DNA from: an uncultured Verrucomicrobiae bacterium | GTDB lineage: Bacteria; Verrucomicrobiota; Verrucomicrobiia; Limisphaerales; Palsa-1400 | Length of the DNA: 64,000 nucleotides | NCBI GenBank assembly: GCA_963702845.1 | Contig: OY969763.1 | Location: forward strand, 2,080,001 to 2,144,000 | Direction: 5' to 3' | Part shown: positions 31,212 to 41,448 of the stretch, piece by piece | How the letters are laid out: each line of letters opens with the position of its first letter | Numbering within the stretch: the stretch's first letter is position 1 | Notes under the pieces: generated by a model | Seen by the model: the letters and a program-made list of their open reading frames with translations, nothing else | Databases searched by the model: none | Told to the model about the DNA's origin: nothing | Translations under genes and position numbers: made by a program

Positions 31212-32512
31212 ACTGGTTCAAACCGCCGCCGCCCGTACCGTTCCGCAACGGGCATGAAATAAAACGGCTCTATCCGCAATTCCGCTGGACCGCTTTTCAT
31301 TGCGCATTCCTTGCCTACGCCACGTTCTACGTCGTGCGCAACAACCTGTCGCCTGTGGAAATGGAAATGCGCGGTTCCTTGCATTACGACAAGGACATGA
31401 TGGGCATGATCATCGCCGGCACATCGCTCGCGTATGGGGTCGGCAAGTTTGTGATGGGAACGATTTCCGATCGGTGCGATCCGCGCAAATACATGTTCAC
31501 CGCGTTGCTCCTGACAGCAGTTCTGAACGTCGCATTTGGTGCCGCGCGCAATTTTCACGTTCACCTTGTTCTTTGGACCTTAAACGGTTTGGCGCAAGGC
31601 ATGGGCTACGCACCGTGTGCGCGCGTGATGGCACATTGGTTCAGCGTTCGCGAACGCGGCTTGTGGTTTGGGCTTTGGAATATGTCGCACAACGTGGGCG
31701 GCGCTATTGCTGGCGTGCTCGCAGCATCGTGCGCCGGGTGGTGGGGTTGGCCCTCTGCTTTCTACGTGCCGGCGGTGATTGCTGCGATTGCCGCGTGTTA
31801 TTTGCTATGGCGCGTGCGCGACACGCCTCAGTCGGTCGGATTGCCTTCGATCGAAGAATTCAAGGACGATTACCCGCCTGAAGAAAAAGAATCGCACGAA
31901 CGCGAGTTGACGATGCGGGAAATCATCACCACCTACATCCTGCCTAACAAAATGTTGTGGCTGGCTGCAATCGCGAATTTCTTTGTCTACATCGCGCGTT
32001 ACGCGATGGTTGATTGGGGCCCGACGTATCTAAAGGAAACGAAAGGCGCTTCGTTATCCATGGGCGGGTGGAGCACTGCCATCATCGAACTCGCCGGGGC
32101 TTTCGGCATGTTGTTGATGGGCTGGATTTCCGACAAAGTCGGCGGTCGTCGCGGCCTCGTCAGTACCATCATGATGGCTCCGGTGATCCTGGCGTATATA
32201 GGGATTGTGTACACGCCGCCGAATATGATGTGGCTGGACATGGCCTTGTTTGGCCTGATCGGGTTTTGTGTTTACACGCCCATCATGGCACTCGGCGTCA
32301 TGTCTTTGGACCTGACCTCGAAAAAAGCCGTCGGTGCCGCCGCCGGATTTGTCGGTATGTTCGGTTACTTCGGTCGATTTGTGGAAGGTCAGGCGCTGGC
32401 ATCACTTTCGCAACACTACAGTTGGAACGCCGGACTGGTAGCCGTCGTCGGGACCAGCGTAATTGCAACCGTGCTGCTGGCCTTTACATGGAACGTCCGC
32501 CCACGAGGCTAA
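31193..32512 (+). CDS. glpT: Organophosphate:Pi antiporter, GlpT/OPA family MFS
   Basis: YVVRNN, YGVGKFVMG..SDR, WFS..ERG....WNMSHNVGG, RDTPQSVGLP and DWGPTYL motifs; downstream of glpD. Confidence 0.85.
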   Translation: MFAAVVNWFKPPPPVPFRNGHEIKRLYPQFRWTAFHCAFLAYATFYVVRNNLSPVEMEMRGSLHYDKDMMGMIIAGTSLAYGVGKFVMGTISDRCDPRKYMFTALLLTAVLNVAFGAARNFHVHLVLWTLNGLAQGMGYAPCARVMAHWFSVRERGLWFGLWNMSHNVGGAIAGVLAASCAGWWGWPSAFYVPAVIAAIAACYLLWRVRDTPQSVGLPSIEEFKDDYPPEEKESHERELTMREIITTYILPNKMLWLAAIANFFVYIARYAMVDWGPTYLKETKGASLSMGGWSTAIIELAGAFGMLLMGWISDKVGGRRGLVSTIMMAPVILAYIGIVYTPPNMMWLDMALFGLIGFCVYTPIMALGVMSLDLTSKKAVGAAAGFVGMFGYFGRFVEGQALASLSQHYSWNAGLVAVVGTSVIATVLLAFTWNVRPRG

Positions 32513-32523
32513 ACAAACGTTGC

Positions 32524-33729
32524 TTACAATTTAATTTTCTCCGCCGCTTGCGAAACGTCCTTATCGCCGCGTCCCGAAAGGTTCACAATCACCAGGCTGT
32601 CTTTTGACATCTTCGGCACACGTTCAATAGCCGCGGCGACGGCATGTGAGGATTCAAGCGCCGGAATAATTCCTTCAAGTCGCGCGAGTTTAATAAACGC
32701 TTTTAGCGCCTGGTCATCCGTCGCATAGCCGTATTCGGCTCGGTTATTGTCGCGCAACCACGCATGTTCGGGCCCGACCGCAGCATAATCGAGTCCTGCG
32801 GAAACACTGTGAGTCGATTGAATCTGGCCATTCTCGTCCTGCAAAATATAAGAGCGCGTTCCTTGCAGCACTCCAAGAGAACCGCCCTGGAACCGCGCCG
32901 CGTGCCGTTCAGGAATAATTCCTTCACCGCCGGCCTCGACACCAAGCATCTTGACCTTTTCATCCTGCAAAAACGGATAGAACAGGCCAATCGCATTCGA
33001 GCCGCCGCCAACACAGGCGATCAGCAAATCGGGCAAACGCTCTTCCTGCTCCAAAATCTGCCGACGCGCTTCGTCACCAATGACCCGCTGAAAATTGCGC
33101 ACCATGACAGGGTAGGGGTGAGCTCCGTAAGCTGTCCCCAAAATATAATGCGTACTGCGAACGTTCGTGACCCAGTCGCGCATCGCTTCATTCACCGCTT
33201 CTTTCAACGTCTTCTGTCCAGCGCTGACCGGCACAACTTCAGCCCCCAGCATCTTCATGCGATAAACGTTGAGCGATTGTCTCGCGCAATCGACTTCACC
33301 CATGTAAATGACGCATTTCAAACCAAACATCGCCGACACGGTTGCGGTCGCGACGCCGTGTTGTCCCGCGCCGGTTTCAGCAATGATGCGAGTCTTGCCC
33401 ATGCGTTTCGCCAAAAGAATCTGGCCCATCGCATTGTTGATTTTGTGCGCGCCGGTATGGAGCAGATCTTCGCGCTTCAAATAAATGCGCGCACCACCAA
33501 GTTCGCGCGTGAGGCGTTCGGCAAAATAGAGCGGGGTAGGGCGACCGCAGAATTGTCGCAGGTAATAGTTCAGTTCCTTTTGAAACTCCGGGTCGTGCTG
33601 CGTCCGAAAATATTCCTCTTCCAGTTGCTGCAGCGGATACATCAACGTCTCGGGCACATAACGGCCGCCAAAAGGCCCGAAATGTCCGTGCGCGTCGGGA
33701 ACAGATGTGTTTTCAACTGCAATACTCAT
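32524..33729 (-). CDS. trpB: Tryptophan synthase beta chain
   Basis: [47 protein letters not shown] and NLSGRGDKD motifs. Confidence 0.98.
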   Translation of the reverse strand: MSIAVENTSVPDAHGHFGPFGGRYVPETLMYPLQQLEEEYFRTQHDPEFQKELNYYLRQFCGRPTPLYFAERLTRELGGARIYLKREDLLHTGAHKINNAMGQILLAKRMGKTRIIAETGAGQHGVATATVSAMFGLKCVIYMGEVDCARQSLNVYRMKMLGAEVVPVSAGQKTLKEAVNEAMRDWVTNVRSTHYILGTAYGAHPYPVMVRNFQRVIGDEARRQILEQEERLPDLLIACVGGGSNAIGLFYPFLQDEKVKMLGVEAGGEGIIPERHAARFQGGSLGVLQGTRSYILQDENGQIQSTHSVSAGLDYAAVGPEHAWLRDNNRAEYGYATDDQALKAFIKLARLEGIIPALESSHAVAAAIERVPKMSKDSLVIVNLSGRGDKDVSQAAEKIKL

Positions 33730-33786
33730 CGGCTGTAAAACTAATTGCGAATGCCCGATTGCAAAAGGCAAAACATCGGGCGTGCA

Positions 33787-35220
33787 TTAAGGGAAAAGGA
33801 CACGGTAGAACTGGATCGAGCCCCTGGAATCGTTGAATTGGTATTGTCCTGGAGAAACCTCGGTGGCGCTGCCTATCGAATTGAAACTGTTCGTGATATT
33901 CGAAGTTCCCAGAATTTCGAAGGTGTGGCCGGCGCTGTTACTGAAACTCAATTGAACGGTTCCATTCGACGGCGATGTGATTTTCAATTGAGGTGCGACG
34001 ACAGGTTGAGCAGTAAGCGTCAGTCGGAGGACCTGTCTTCCGTCGCCGCCAGTAACGATGCTTTTCGCAAACGTCGAACCGTCCGACGTTTGAACCGTTC
34101 CGGTCCCGCCGATCGTCGGTGCGGTGATGATATCAAAGGTTGTGCCAATATCCGGAACGTACCCATTCGCAAAATTAACGGAGATAGCGCCGGAGAGCGA
34201 CGCCGAGCCGCCGGTGCCGACGTCGATCGAGCTATAACTCGACGGTCCGGCAATCGTAATACTGACAACGCCGCCCGTTCCTTCGGAATAGGAACAATTG
34301 GCAAGAAAGCTGAGCTTCGCGATCAGATTGACTGGCAGGCTTGCGATGTTCGTCGCGGCGCTACTGCTGAAATCGAAAGCTGCGGGAATCAACAAACCCG
34401 CTGTGTGCCCAAGCGATATTCCACACGTCTGCATCATCAACGTGCCCCCTTGCTGCCCGGAAAAAAAGCCGCCAAAAGTGAAGGTGTTCACCGCACTGGT
34501 ATTGATGTTCGAAATGCTATTCACCATCACGGTTCCGGAATACAACGTGAAACTATTGGTGGACTGTGGCCCGGTGCCGATTGCATTTCCAAATTGCAAC
34601 TTCGCGCATGCCAGCGTTCCCCCCGTCATTGTATAATTCCCGAACCCAGTTCCTGCCGCGATGTTTCGGCCGAGTTGCGTAAGCCCTGTTGCGTTGCGCA
34701 GATAAATAGTGCCGCCGTTCTGGTTAACGATGCCGCTACCGCGGTTGCCGACTGCAAAGATCGGGTTCGCCTGGTTCACTAGAATCGACCCTCCGTAAAT
34801 GTTGTAAGTGCCGATGGCCGTCGTTCCGAAACCGACGTTCAAATTACCACCGGTCAAAAGCACGTTTCCATCGTCCAATTCAAACACACCTGTCCCGCCG
34901 CCAGTCGCAGCGTTTCCCCCTGAGCGCAGGTCAGAGCTAAGCGTCATCGACCCGCCAGTCATGATCAAAGTGCCCGTCGTTGTGTTGGTGTCTCCCATTT
35001 GCACCACCACGTTGCTGATGTTCTGAGATGAGTCGATGATGGCTGTGCCACCGTTGTTGATGCTTGCGCTATCGGTGTTGGTCGGAGCAATCCCGCCCTG
35101 CCAATTCGTAGCTATGTTAAAAAGCCCGCTGTTCGTATTGCCCCAATAAATCGTTGCCCCAGGACAATGCAAATTTATACCAACCAACAGGAGAATGCCG
35201 AGGGCCTTTGCAGTGGTCAT
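33787..35220 (-). CDS. Secreted Gly/Thr/Asn-rich beta-strand repeat protein with C-terminal FYRV-type domain
   Basis: Signal peptide; W...NW.GG..P start; repeated G.G.y.l.GG units; ends QYQFND...QFYRVLFP. Confidence 0.8.
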   Translation of the reverse strand: MTTAKALGILLLVGINLHCPGATIYWGNTNSGLFNIATNWQGGIAPTNTDSASINNGGTAIIDSSQNISNVVVQMGDTNTTTGTLIMTGGSMTLSSDLRSGGNAATGGGTGVFELDDGNVLLTGGNLNVGFGTTAIGTYNIYGGSILVNQANPIFAVGNRGSGIVNQNGGTIYLRNATGLTQLGRNIAAGTGFGNYTMTGGTLACAKLQFGNAIGTGPQSTNSFTLYSGTVMVNSISNINTSAVNTFTFGGFFSGQQGGTLMMQTCGISLGHTAGLLIPAAFDFSSSAATNIASLPVNLIAKLSFLANCSYSEGTGGVVSITIAGPSSYSSIDVGTGGSASLSGAISVNFANGYVPDIGTTFDIITAPTIGGTGTVQTSDGSTFAKSIVTGGDGRQVLRLTLTAQPVVAPQLKITSPSNGTVQLSFSNSAGHTFEILGTSNITNSFNSIGSATEVSPGQYQFNDSRGSIQFYRVLFP

Positions 35221-35326
35221 GCGCGGGATACTAGCTTTTCTATTGACTGACGAAAGAACAATTCTTGCGTTTATTCCAAGTTGACCGCGTTGCGTTCCGC
35301 ACCGTCATTGGGCAGCATACGCGCAG

Positions 35327-36373
35327 GTGAGCGTTCTTGCCGAAATACAAAACGAAATTCGCGAAAAAGGCCCAATCACATTCGCGCGGTTCATGGAGAT
35401 GGCGCTGTATTCGGCTGGGGGCTATTACGAACGCGGCACGGTTATTGGCAAGAAAGGGGATTTCTACACCAGCGTCAGTGTCGGGCCCCTGTTCGGCGAA
35501 CTGTTGGCGCGGCAATTTTCCGTTTGGCTTCGCGAAAACGAAACACTTCAACTTTTCGAGGTGGGAGCCCACGACGGCAGTCTCGCCCGCGACATTATTA
35601 GTTGGTTCGCTAAGCACCAGTCAGAGGTTGCGCAACGTCTGGAATATGTAATTGTCGAACCGTCGGGAGAGCGGCGCGCATGGCAACAAAGAACTCTCGA
35701 ACAATTTCGTGACCGCGCAAGATGGGAAAACGGCCTGCCACGTGAAATTCGCGGCGTAATTTTCAGCAACGAACTTCTCGATGCAATGCCCGCACATCGA
35801 TTGCGCTGGAGTGCGGAACTGCTTAAATGGGACGAATGGATTGTTGCGATGGATGGGGCCAAGTTGATGTGGCATAGCAGCACCATCACGCCAGACGCGA
35901 TGGCCTGTGCGCCAGATGTCGCTGAGCAACTCGCCGAAGTCTTGCCAGATGGATTTACCGTCGAGGTTTCTCCTGCGGCCGCCAAATGGTGGAACGAAGC
36001 GGCCAGCGCTCTGCAGCGAGGCCGCCTCGTCGCGATCGATTACGGATTGACTCAACCAGAATGGTTTCGTCCCGACCGCAGCAATGGCACCGCGCGCACA
36101 TACTTAAAACATCGTCTCGCTGACGACTTGCTTGCGAACCCCGGCGACCAGGACATCACCGCCCACGTCAATTGGACGGCGATTCAGCGTTTGGGTGAAG
36201 ATGCGGGTTTGCGTACGGAATTATTTTCGTCCCAGGAGCAGTTCCTGATGCAAATCGTCAAAATGGCTGCCGATGAGAATTGGAGCGCTGAGCAAATCAG
36301 ACAATTAAAAACCCTTACTCACCCGAATTTCCTCGGCCGCTCTTTTCGCGTGCTCGTGCAACGGCGCGATTAA
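35327..36373 (+). CDS. SAM-dependent methyltransferase, MidA/NDUFAF7 family
   Basis: GPITFARFMEMALY..GYY, GDFYTS, EVGAHDG, SNELLDAMP, IDYG and PGDQDITAHVN motifs. Confidence 0.93.
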   Translation: MSVLAEIQNEIREKGPITFARFMEMALYSAGGYYERGTVIGKKGDFYTSVSVGPLFGELLARQFSVWLRENETLQLFEVGAHDGSLARDIISWFAKHQSEVAQRLEYVIVEPSGERRAWQQRTLEQFRDRARWENGLPREIRGVIFSNELLDAMPAHRLRWSAELLKWDEWIVAMDGAKLMWHSSTITPDAMACAPDVAEQLAEVLPDGFTVEVSPAAAKWWNEAASALQRGRLVAIDYGLTQPEWFRPDRSNGTARTYLKHRLADDLLANPGDQDITAHVNWTAIQRLGEDAGLRTELFSSQEQFLMQIVKMAADENWSAEQIRQLKTLTHPNFLGRSFRVLVQRRD

Positions 36374-38728
36374 CCGCTACCCAACAAAAGTTGCGGATGC
36401 TCACTGTCTGCGCCGAGCCCGAATCTCGGAAATGCTTTGAGCGAGAACGTCAGCGCAATGCCAAAATCGTTCTTACGTCCAGCGTCGCGATTCTGGGTGA
36501 ATCGGAAACTCAACGCTGCCGTCCAACTGCGCAAGTCGCGATAGATCGTATACTGTTGCTCTTCAAATGTGCCATCCCGGCCTTCAAACCGCTGGGAAAT
36601 CCTGGCAGCCCAATTCTCATTCAGTCGATAGTGTGCCGACGCTTGGATAGTTTTGTGCCCGGGTATTTCCAGCTTTTGTGAGGGGATTGGATTAGTATCA
36701 GAGCGGCTAAGCTGTAGCACAAGTGGATCCACCAGCCCAGGATCGTTATTAATCAGATAGCGGTAGCTGAGACTCGCACTCCAGATATTATTCGGTTGCA
36801 CTGTAATCTGGTGAAGCGTTTCGTTAAACCGGTTGTTCTCCACGTCGTAGCGCATCAGAGAATTAATCAGCAGCCATGATCTCGGCCGTAAATCCAACTC
36901 GGAAAAAACATTCGCGAACGATTCCTCATGAAGGTTATGAGCAACAAAATTGGTGGTGTTTCCGGTGCTTTCCAGGAGCGTTACTGTTTGATCAGGTAGT
37001 GTTTGCAGCCGCCAATCAGTGTACAGCGCCCAATTGACGATGTTTTGACTGGCGCTCTCGCGTTTCGTTTGCAATTTATTCCGCAACGTCAGACGCAAAA
37101 CATTCTGTGTGTCGATCGAATCAATGGCGTTGTATTGAGGATAGTCAATCGGCAACAGGCGCAGAGTTGGCACCTGGTAATCAAATTGCGGTAATTCCGA
37201 TGGAGGCGTGGTGGGCGAGGGCACGAACACATAATTGATGCTCGGCTCAATGATGTGTCGAAGACCGTTCACGTCCCAAAACTTGCTGGTCGGTTCTGTC
37301 CAAACCCTGGACGCTTTAAACGAAGCCTCCGCACCGGTATTAAAAACGCCGCGGGTCAGATCATTCGTTTGCGCAAAGTATCCTGACTCATTCCGATAGT
37401 ACGTAACACGGCCGCCGACTCGCGGTGTTACGGTCAGCCAACCGAAATAGGTCTGCGGCAAAATAAATTGGTGGAACGTATCCACCCGGCCCGCCGTAAA
37501 GTTGTTGGTTATGTTGAACGGATCGGTATTGGCAAAACTTCGTTTGAAATAACCGCCCGAACTTTCACCTTCATAGAAAACAGGCGTGACGCCAAGCTGC
37601 TGACGTAGCGCAGTCAATTTTATGTCCGGCAATCGTTCAACGCGTTCCCAGAAATCGTTCAGTCGCGGTTGCGCCATTGCATTCAGGGAATAATTCGGCC
37701 ACACCTTGTTCACTTCAGCGAAAGAGTTCGGTTGAACGTTCTTGCGATATTCCCGCTCAAAAAAGTCGCGCATAACGAGCGGATCGCTCTGGTAGTGCAT
37801 CCTCATTTTTGCGGTCAGATTTGTCGCAAGGTCAGCCTGATGAGTAAACGTGAACTGGCTGCGGTCGTGCGACAAATTTTGAGGGTACTGGTGAAAGCGT
37901 ATTTGTAACACCGTCAATGTTCGGTTCGCTGTCGTGAATAAAATAATACCGTGCGGTGGCGTTGCCCCATTGCGGGCCGAGGTGCAAGTTGAGGTCCGGT
38001 CCACCGCCAACGCCACGGCGCTCGCGCAAATCCAAACGTAATGCGCCGTCCACTTGTTCATTGGCCTGCCAATTATATCTGCTCAACAGGAATGGCCCAT
38101 AGACGCCGCGATAACCAGGTGTGAAAACGAAATTGTTCTGATGCCGCCCAAAACTGCGCCGGTAGTAGGGGAAGTAAAACACCGGAACGTTGCCAATATA
38201 CAAAGTTGCATCGTGCGCTTCGAAATGATCGCCCGGATACATGACCAGGCGACGTGCGCGAATTCTGTAGGAAGGCTTTGCGTAGTCGTCCGTAGTAATC
38301 GTGGTGTTGGTCGCGATGCAGTACCGGTTCGTTCGACCGCTAAGATGTTCGCCAGACAAAAAGAAGGGATCGTATTGGGTTTTGAATGTGCTCGCCTGCA
38401 TTTCACCCGTTTTGAAATTATAGAGCACGTTCGTGCCACGCCAGAGACGGTCGCGTCCGAGAATAGAAACGTCACCCCGCGCCTTCACCTCGCCGCTCTC
38501 CTCATCTGCCTCGACCTGGTCAGCTATAAGCACCACGCCATGGCTGGTGACCGTGACGCCATTCCCGGCAATCGCAACGCCGCCCTCCGGATATTCAACA
38601 AACCCATTCGTGCCAGTCGCGCTGATTGTCCAAAGCGGTTCGTCCTCTGCGTGCAACCGAAAGACAGTCGCCAGAAGTAAGCAGAGAAAAATAGTTGGTT
38701 TCAACGTCGGTGAGCTAACCAAAACCAA
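36370..38728 (-). CDS. lptD: LPS-assembly protein LptD, single frameshift near 37885
   Basis: N-terminal OstA-like region (ARGDV, YNFKTG, ITTDD..PSYRIRA, VPVFYFPY) in 37832..38728 continues into a beta-barrel (ERLPDI, LRHIIEPSINY) in 36370..38061. Confidence 0.85.
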
Positions 38729-38760
38729 CGCCCTCCGACAAGCACTCTTGTTGACACAAG

Positions 38761-39807
38761 CTATTGCGTGGACGCCGGTGATGGTGCAGATAACTTGGCC
38801 TTTGCGTCATCAGACAGTGGGGACGTCTCCAACCAGCTGCGGAAGCCGTTTGGATCGGTGCTGAACCATGTTCCAGCTAAGGCTTCAAGTCGCGCATCGC
38901 GAAGCTCCGTGCGATCAATCGACGCGCCCCATGTCGCCGCCAACGATGGGTTGTTATCCGCGAAACGGCTCGAAATTAAATCAAAGGCGCTATCGCGGCT
39001 CGTTCCTGCGGGAAGTTTCGTCGCCCACTCAACGGCCGCAGTCGCGTCTGCTTCCAGCCACTTCTCGACAATTGTCCGAATATCATCGGCTCGGTTGAAA
39101 CCCTCTGGCTGGGTCATCACCCACGCGGCGGCTTCCGATGGCTCATTGCGCGCCCACATCGTTACGACGCTATGCGTGGCTAAATCGCGCGCGTCTTCTT
39201 CTCCGAAAGCTTGCGCCCATTCTATTGCCTCTCGGGGATTATTCCCCGCCAGGGCTGGCGCCACTGCCGCAATCGCATACGTCTGGTCAGCCTGTTCCAA
39301 AGTTGTCGCGTAGACGCTGGCGGCTTTTGCATCCTGCGCCGCCCAACGTTCGAAAACACTGGTCAGGGCAAACGCCCGGCTGCCCGCATCGTCAGCAACA
39401 TTCAACGCCCAACTTGCTGCCGCATGTGGATCGCATCGTGCCCAGGCGCACAAGATTGATTCCACCGCCATTTTGCGCGTCACCTCGTCATCAATGCTCC
39501 TGGCCCACTCCATTGCTTCTTGCGCCGCTTCGGTATTGCTGATGTTCGTAGCCATCGCATTGCACCGGTCGGATGCATTCAGCGCTTGTTTCCATAACTG
39601 TTCGCGGTGCTGTTCTTCGCTTTTGTCAGTGATAGGGTGCGAACTACGCATCGTCGCAAAGTGCGGCGAAATAGTCCCGTTTTGATCCTCTGAATACTGG
39701 GGCTCCGACGCTGGCGCCGCCTTATGCGAATTGAAAAAGAAAACGCCTGCCGCCGCCGCAATGAATGCGGCAAGCAGCAGGACATTTCGATTCGCAAAGC
39801 TGGTCAT
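38761..39807 (-). CDS. Membrane-anchored alpha-helical repeat protein (W...DP..A..W repeats), translationally coupled to the nuclease
   Basis: N-terminal TM anchor; about 7 repeats of roughly 31 aa such as WARCDPHAAASWA and WARNEPSEAAAWV; its ATG overlaps the nuclease stop (TAATG at 39809-39805). Confidence 0.82.
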   Translation of the reverse strand: MTSFANRNVLLLAAFIAAAAGVFFFNSHKAAPASEPQYSEDQNGTISPHFATMRSSHPITDKSEEQHREQLWKQALNASDRCNAMATNISNTEAAQEAMEWARSIDDEVTRKMAVESILCAWARCDPHAAASWALNVADDAGSRAFALTSVFERWAAQDAKAASVYATTLEQADQTYAIAAVAPALAGNNPREAIEWAQAFGEEDARDLATHSVVTMWARNEPSEAAAWVMTQPEGFNRADDIRTIVEKWLEADATAAVEWATKLPAGTSRDSAFDLISSRFADNNPSLAATWGASIDRTELRDARLEALAGTWFSTDPNGFRSWLETSPLSDDAKAKLSAPSPASTQ

Positions 39808-41181
39808 TAATTACGCGGATTTGGTGCACCCGTCGCAAAATCGGCCGCGTTGTTATTACTATCCGTCGCACCGCCGCCTGCGCGCAAGTCCGATGCAGTA
39901 TTTGACGGCGCCGGTGCCGCTCCTGCACCTTCAAATGCATCCGCCGCGCCGTAGCCGATGAAGTCCGCCACATTGGAGTTCCCGACCGGATTATCGACCG
40001 TCAACAGCGTAGCAGTTTTCGTCAAAGCAACCTTACCTGCCGTTGCGGACATAGCAATTGTTCCAATCTTTTCCGGCGTTGGCAAATTCGCTGTCCCGCC
40101 GGTGCCGGCAGCTTCCTGGATCAAGTAATGGTGCCCGGCGAGAATCGTCCCGCTCAACGTCGTTTCCTGCCAGGTTGAACCGGACGAGCTGGTATATTGG
40201 ACAGCGTAGGTGCTCAGATCAACCGTCGTCGATCCGCTATTATAGAGTTCGATAAAATCGTTCTTGTAGGTTGCTCCGCTGTTGCCGCCACCACCGTAAA
40301 CCTGGCTGATTGTCACGGTGCCCGAACCACCGCCGCCACCCGATCCGCCGCCGTCATTTTTTGCGCGCAACGTTGCCGCGAGCGTCGAGTTCAGCGCAGT
40401 AAAGAATGTATATCCGGTGTCCGCCTGAATTTGGTTCGGCGTCGTATTGTAGTTTGTCCAATTCACGCTGCGAATTCCCTGAACATTCGGCATCTTCACC
40501 GTGATGACACGCGTGGAGGAAGTAATACGGCTGATTGCGGAACCTGAACCCAGCGGCACCACCACGATAATTTTCCAGGTATATGCCGGAATCGCAGCCT
40601 TGCCACTCGGTTGAATACGCGAACCGTTGAATCCACTCGGCCCACAAATAATCAATAGCTCGTTGCCGGCTGATGCCAATGTCCGGCAGTAAGTCTCAAG
40701 GGCCTCCCAAGGTCCCTGGTTGTTGTCCGGCGCTTGGGGCATGATGTTTGACATGTAGAACACCAGGTCGTTGTCCGTGGTGTTGTCCGTCCGGTCCGCC
40801 GACGGGCAGTTGTGCCCGCGGTCATAACCGGAATTAGTGTAATCGCTCGTCGTCACTCGGTAGAAACCCGAGGGCAGCGTTGTGTCGGTGATAAAACTCG
40901 AGCGTCCTGACGAACCGACGTCTGCTGTCGTCAGGTCCCAACTGGCCCAATTCGGCTCACCATTGCTGTCATTGTAATCGATTGCTTCAACGGTTCGTTG
41001 AATCAAATAGTGACTGTGATTGTTCGGGTCCGCCGTCGCGCCACTTGGATTACCAAGTTGCATCTGCAACGACGAATTGATAATTGCCGAAACGTTTAAG
41101 GCTGCGCAAAGCAGCAAGAACGCGGAAACGACAACGCCGGACGCGGAACGAGTACGGGTTAGCAGAGGTACTTTTGTTCAT
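39807..41181 (-). CDS. Secreted DNA/RNA non-specific endonuclease (NucA-like) plus lamin-tail domain; 1-bp frameshift in the signal peptide
   Basis: LGNPSGA, PNWASW, YDRGHNCPSADRT and FYMSNIMPQAPDNNQGPW motifs; Gly linker; LTD VTISQVYGGGGNSGA.YKNDFIELYN; removing one A at 41172-41175 links ATG 41181 in frame. Confidence 0.92.
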
Positions 41182-41252
41182 ATTAGGAACGGTTTTTTTG
41201 ATTTAGTTTTGGTTTCTGCACTTTGGTTTTGGCAGATTTGTGGGACGTGGCC

Positions 41253-41281
41253 ATCTCAATTCGTTTTGATAAAACTGTCAA
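41253..41281 (-). promoter_or_regulatory. Candidate promoter TTGACA-N17-TGAGAT of the short nuclease
   Basis: The same two boxes with the same spacing occur upstream of the paralog (45146..45174). Confidence 0.6.
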
Positions 41282-41339
41282 GCGCTTAACGTTCAAAAAG
41301 TCAATTTGTTACATCTTTGACACGATGCACAAAAAACCT

Positions 41340-41448
41340 CAGTGGAACGACGCGTTGTTGATGCGGCTTTAATCTTAAAAAATGAAAACGCCTGCTGCCA
41401 CCGCAATCAAAACGGCAGCCAGACGCCTTCAATTTGCAAAATCACGTA
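41340..41448 (-). pseudogene. Decayed 5' remnant of a second copy of the helical-repeat partner gene
   Basis: Reads approximately IRDFAN*RRLAAVLIAVAAGVFIF versus the intact partner MTSFANRNVLLLAAFIAAAAGVFFF; same position relative to the nuclease stop. Confidence 0.7.

Noticed and set aside
32764..34782. Plus-strand ORFs of 324 and 345 aa
   Set aside because: Antisense to trpB and the secreted beta-repeat gene; no motifs
37832..38061. Programmed frameshifting or phase variation in lptD and other split genes
   Set aside because: No consistent slippery motif or long SSR at the breaks; the scatter across unrelated genes fits sequencing indels
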